DNA of 64,000 nucleotides from Candidatus Thermosaccharophagus tengchongensis (GTDB taxonomy: Bacteria > Armatimonadota > Fervidibacteria > Fervidibacterales > Thermosaccharophagaceae): assembly GCA_032161105.1 (NCBI GenBank), contig JAVHTD010000002.1. The stretch is one strand, 5' to 3'. This document shows, piece by piece, positions 61,379-64,000 of the stretch (position 1 is the first letter of the stretch; each line of letters starts with the position of its first letter). The notes under the pieces are model-generated. The model made no database searches, was not told the origin of the DNA, and worked only from the letters and a program-made list of their open reading frames with translations. Both the position numbers and the translations under genes were made by a program.

Positions 61379-63097
61379 TTAACGGCTGCTCAGGTATTCC
61401 TCAAGCCCGTTAAAGATGGCAAGCGCTATCTTCTCGCGAAATTGTTCGCTCATGAGCAGAGCTCCATCGGTGGGATGATTGAGGTAGCACGCTTCAACGA
61501 GGACGGAGGGGACATTTGTGTTGCGCAGCACATAAAAACGCCTTTCCCTAATTCCGTTGTCGGGCAGACCGAGTGCTGCTATTAGGTTCCTGTGAATCGC
61601 CTCAGCAAGCGGTTTACTCTGCGGCGTGAAGTAGTATGTCTCGGTCCCAGACTTAGCCCCGGGAGTTGGAAATGAGTTGAGATGAATGCTGACGAAGGCA
61701 GCGGGGTTTAACTTGTTGGCGATGTATACCCTATCCTCAAGCGAGACATAGTAATCGCCATAGCGTGTCATCGTAACGGTTGCGCCGGAGTTCGTCAGCA
61801 TGCGGTGCAATCTCAATGCTATGTCAAGCGTGAGTTCCTTCTCAACAAGCCTTCTTTGAAACATACCAGCGGGGCTAATTGCGCCCGGGTCTTGTCCACC
61901 ATGTCCGGGATCAACGACGATGCTTGTGCCGGCTAATGGGCTTGTGCCGAGCTCCACTGTCAGCCCATCGCCAGTTTGCCTTTCCATCACCCTATAGCGA
62001 ACTGGCTTGAAAAGCTCAAAGACGACTCTCGCCACAGTCTCGCCATCAATCTCCGGGGTGCCAACTCTCACCTCCTTGATCATCTCATTCTTTGGCACTT
62101 CTTGAGCACCCAATGGCAATGCCAGCTCTGCCCCACGAAAGTCAACAACGATCCTGTATGGGTTGCTGAGTGTGAATGTGCGATACCTTAGCGCGCCCTC
62201 AGTTGATATCACTCCCCTGACGACGCCATCGGCTGATTCAACTTTAACTGAGTTGATCTTCGCCCTCCCCTCGGCAACCCTTTTCACTTTCGCATCGCGA
62301 ACGACGAGCGCCACTTTCCGTGTCATCCCGCGCTCGTCTTTTGTGGTGGTGTCCTGAAATTCAAGTTTCACATCGGTATCAAGCACGACCCTTGCAATCG
62401 GCGGTGTGAGCGAATATTGCCCCACACGAACACGCTCAATTGAACCCTTTCTCCCAACGACCTCACCTTGCATCTGTGGCGTAATAGCGCAGTGGGTTGC
62501 ATCAACATAAATCCTCTCGGGCGCGCTCAGGCGGTTGATGCTATAGGTTATTGGCGCACTGAACGATATCTCAACTTGCCAACCATCCCCAAGCGGCTTG
62601 ACTTCCACTGGCAGAAGCTTCGCACACACATACACAGTTTTGGTTGCGTCATCATGCTTGAAAGACAAGTTGAGGAGTTCGCAGAGCGCCTTCAGCGGGA
62701 TGAACAGGTTGCCATCAATAACAGTTGGTGCTATTGCGAGCGCCCTCTTCTCGCCGTTAACCAACGCACATTGAGCGTTGGCATACATTTCCACTCGCTT
62801 ACCGTCGCGCCATTTCATTACGACTTTCTCCCGCTCCACAAGCTCAACCTCATCTGACAACCACTTAAGCCAATCCCCAACCGATACAAGCGCCTCATCA
62901 CCAGACCATGTGCATGTAAGTTGACCGGCGTCATTCCCGAGGACGAAAATATGCATGCTTTCGGTGCTACCTGAAGGAAGCGCGCCGGCGAAAGCCGTTA
63001 AGAGGGCGCAAATGAGGAGCAGCGGCATCCGGTGATGCTCTTGGTGGGAGGCGTTAGATGGATTGCAGCGGTGCTCCAATAGTGCCCCTCCTCCCAA
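61379..63097 (-). CDS. N-acetylmuramoyl-L-alanine amidase (Amidase_3) with N-terminal stalk and two AMIN domains
   Basis: VDPGHGG.DPGA, EK..TL, FVSIHLN, SVLVE; AMIN motifs LS.P.RI.VD; start uncertain. Confidence 0.92.
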   Translation of the reverse strand: MGGGALLEHRCNPSNASHQEHHRMPLLLICALLTAFAGALPSGSTESMHIFVLGNDAGQLTCTWSGDEALVSVGDWLKWLSDEVELVEREKVVMKWRDGKRVEMYANAQCALVNGEKRALAIAPTVIDGNLFIPLKALCELLNLSFKHDDATKTVYVCAKLLPVEVKPLGDGWQVEISFSAPITYSINRLSAPERIYVDATHCAITPQMQGEVVGRKGSIERVRVGQYSLTPPIARVVLDTDVKLEFQDTTTKDERGMTRKVALVVRDAKVKRVAEGRAKINSVKVESADGVVRGVISTEGALRYRTFTLSNPYRIVVDFRGAELALPLGAQEVPKNEMIKEVRVGTPEIDGETVARVVFELFKPVRYRVMERQTGDGLTVELGTSPLAGTSIVVDPGHGGQDPGAISPAGMFQRRLVEKELTLDIALRLHRMLTNSGATVTMTRYGDYYVSLEDRVYIANKLNPAAFVSIHLNSFPTPGAKSGTETYYFTPQSKPLAEAIHRNLIAALGLPDNGIRERRFYVLRNTNVPSVLVEACYLNHPTDGALLMSEQFREKIALAIFNGLEEYLSSR

Positions 63098-63184
63098 CCC
63101 AGTGATGCATTATGGCTTTAACTGTGCTGCATTTGCCCGCTTGAGTTTGAGGATGTATCGGCGCGATGGATAGGGAAAGCAAAT

Positions 63185-63537
63185 TGGTGGAGGCGGCGGG
63201 AATCGAACCCGCGTCCGCTGAGCCCTCAGCGCTGGCATCTACAAGCTTAGCTCGCCTTTTGTTTCTCCTCGCTCAGTCTCCGGCGAGCGGGATACTGAGC
63301 GAGACAGCTCACATCAAACTTAGTGGCGGCTATGTGAGCGCTCACCGCCACGCAGCCGGCTTATCTGACGCCTTGTCCAGCACCGCCGGCGAGTGCCAGC
63401 AAGGCGTGCCGCCTTCAATTAGGCAGCCAGAGCAACAGGCTCGGCATTTATCTTTCTTGCGCGTTTTTTACGGGACTCGCGCCCACCCGGCTTGCCGCCA
63501 GCACCTTGACACTCAGCGTCGAGCCCATTTCGCCCCC
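63185..63537 (-). ncRNA. ssrA: tmRNA (transfer-messenger RNA)
   Basis: 5' GGGGGCG pairs with 3' CGCCTCC-ACCA (G3:U Ala identity); T-arm GCGGGTTCGATTCCCGC; tag frame ATAAAT|GCC GAG CCT GTT GCT CTG GCT GCC TAA = AEPVALAA* at 63445-63419. Confidence 0.96.
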
Positions 63538-63586
63538 GCTATAAGGCAATTAAAAGCGCCCAACAGCTTTCACATTGCCATCTCTT

Positions 63587-63614
63587 ATTCTACCGCATTA
63601 GCTCGGCTTGTAAA
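63587..63614 (-). promoter_or_regulatory. Candidate sigma70 promoter for ssrA
   Basis: Minus strand TTTACA-16 nt-TAGAAT about 50 nt upstream of the tmRNA 5' end. Confidence 0.55.
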
Positions 63615-63643
63615 CTTTAAGGCTGACGGATTCACGCCGGAAG

Positions 63644-64000
63644 CTAAAGTTTGATTGGCTTGCCCAACTTGGCTGACTTGTGTGCCGCCTCAATGACGCG
63701 CACGACCTCCCTTGTCTCTTCTGGCTTGACGATCAGCTCGCCGCCGCGAAGCAACACATCCGAAATGTTGCGATAATAGTCAACCCAATCGCCACGCACG
63801 CTCTCAATTTGCATTTCAACCGGCATGCCGTCCACAACAGTTGAGACCTTAGCCCTCTCATTCGGGTCAAACGACTCTTTCACGAGAGTGCCCTTTGTCC
63901 CGAGGACACGCCAACGCGCCCTTTGGATGCGCGAAAGGTTTGAAAGCTCAATGTTGAACAGGACGCCGTTGTCAAACCGAAGCCATACTTGAGAGTGAGT
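63644..64000 (-). CDS. C-terminal part of a Gfo/Idh/MocA oxidoreductase (truncated by the window edge)
   Basis: Open frame to the window end: RFDNG...RWRVLGTKGTLVK..FDPNE...GDW..YY...VIEAAHKSA. Confidence 0.7.
   Translation of the reverse strand, partial: THSQVWLRFDNGVLFNIELSNLSRIQRARWRVLGTKGTLVKESFDPNERAKVSTVVDGMPVEMQIESVRGDWVDYYRNISDVLLRGGELIVKPEETREVVRVIEAAHKSAKLGKPIKL

Noticed and set aside
63185..63215. Stand-alone tRNA, or an integration site for an island at the ssrA 3' end
   Set aside because: The T-arm and acceptor belong to tmRNA (no anticodon arm); no integrase or duplicated att sequence was seen downstream
63166..63654. 162-aa ORF on the + strand
   Set aside because: It is the antisense reading of tmRNA (the LVEAAGIEPAS pattern is typical of reverse-read tRNA-like ends)

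Overview
Bacterial chromosomal segment. Gene content (a DUF1559/H-X9-DG prepilin-like protein, many sugar isomerases and Gfo/Idh/MocA oxidoreductases, PilT/PilC) suggests an Armatimonadota-like diderm; this is inference only. The core (15.7-38.4 kb) is a contiguous str-S10-spc-alpha-L13/S9 ribosomal protein supercluster with several oddities. There is no tuf between fusA and rpsJ. A second, divergent EF-G lacking the catalytic switch-II His sits between rpsQ and rplN. rpsE and rpmD overlap by 122 nt in different frames, several proteins carry acidic extensions, the RpoA CTD is divergent, and a long leader with a terminator hairpin precedes rpsL. The flanks hold pilT-pilC, sugar catabolism genes, argC-argJ, a surface-glycan cluster, cell-wall enzymes, a REP/REPIN-like palindromic tandem array, and tmRNA (tag AEPVALAA). 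They also encode a 1541-aa alpha-2-macroglobulin/thioester protein with a GspG (pseudopilin-head)-like domain inserted just before its bait region. No prophage, transposase or CRISPR array was seen. All family calls come from visual motif recognition, not database searches. Some start codons were adjusted by eye using Shine-Dalgarno sites.
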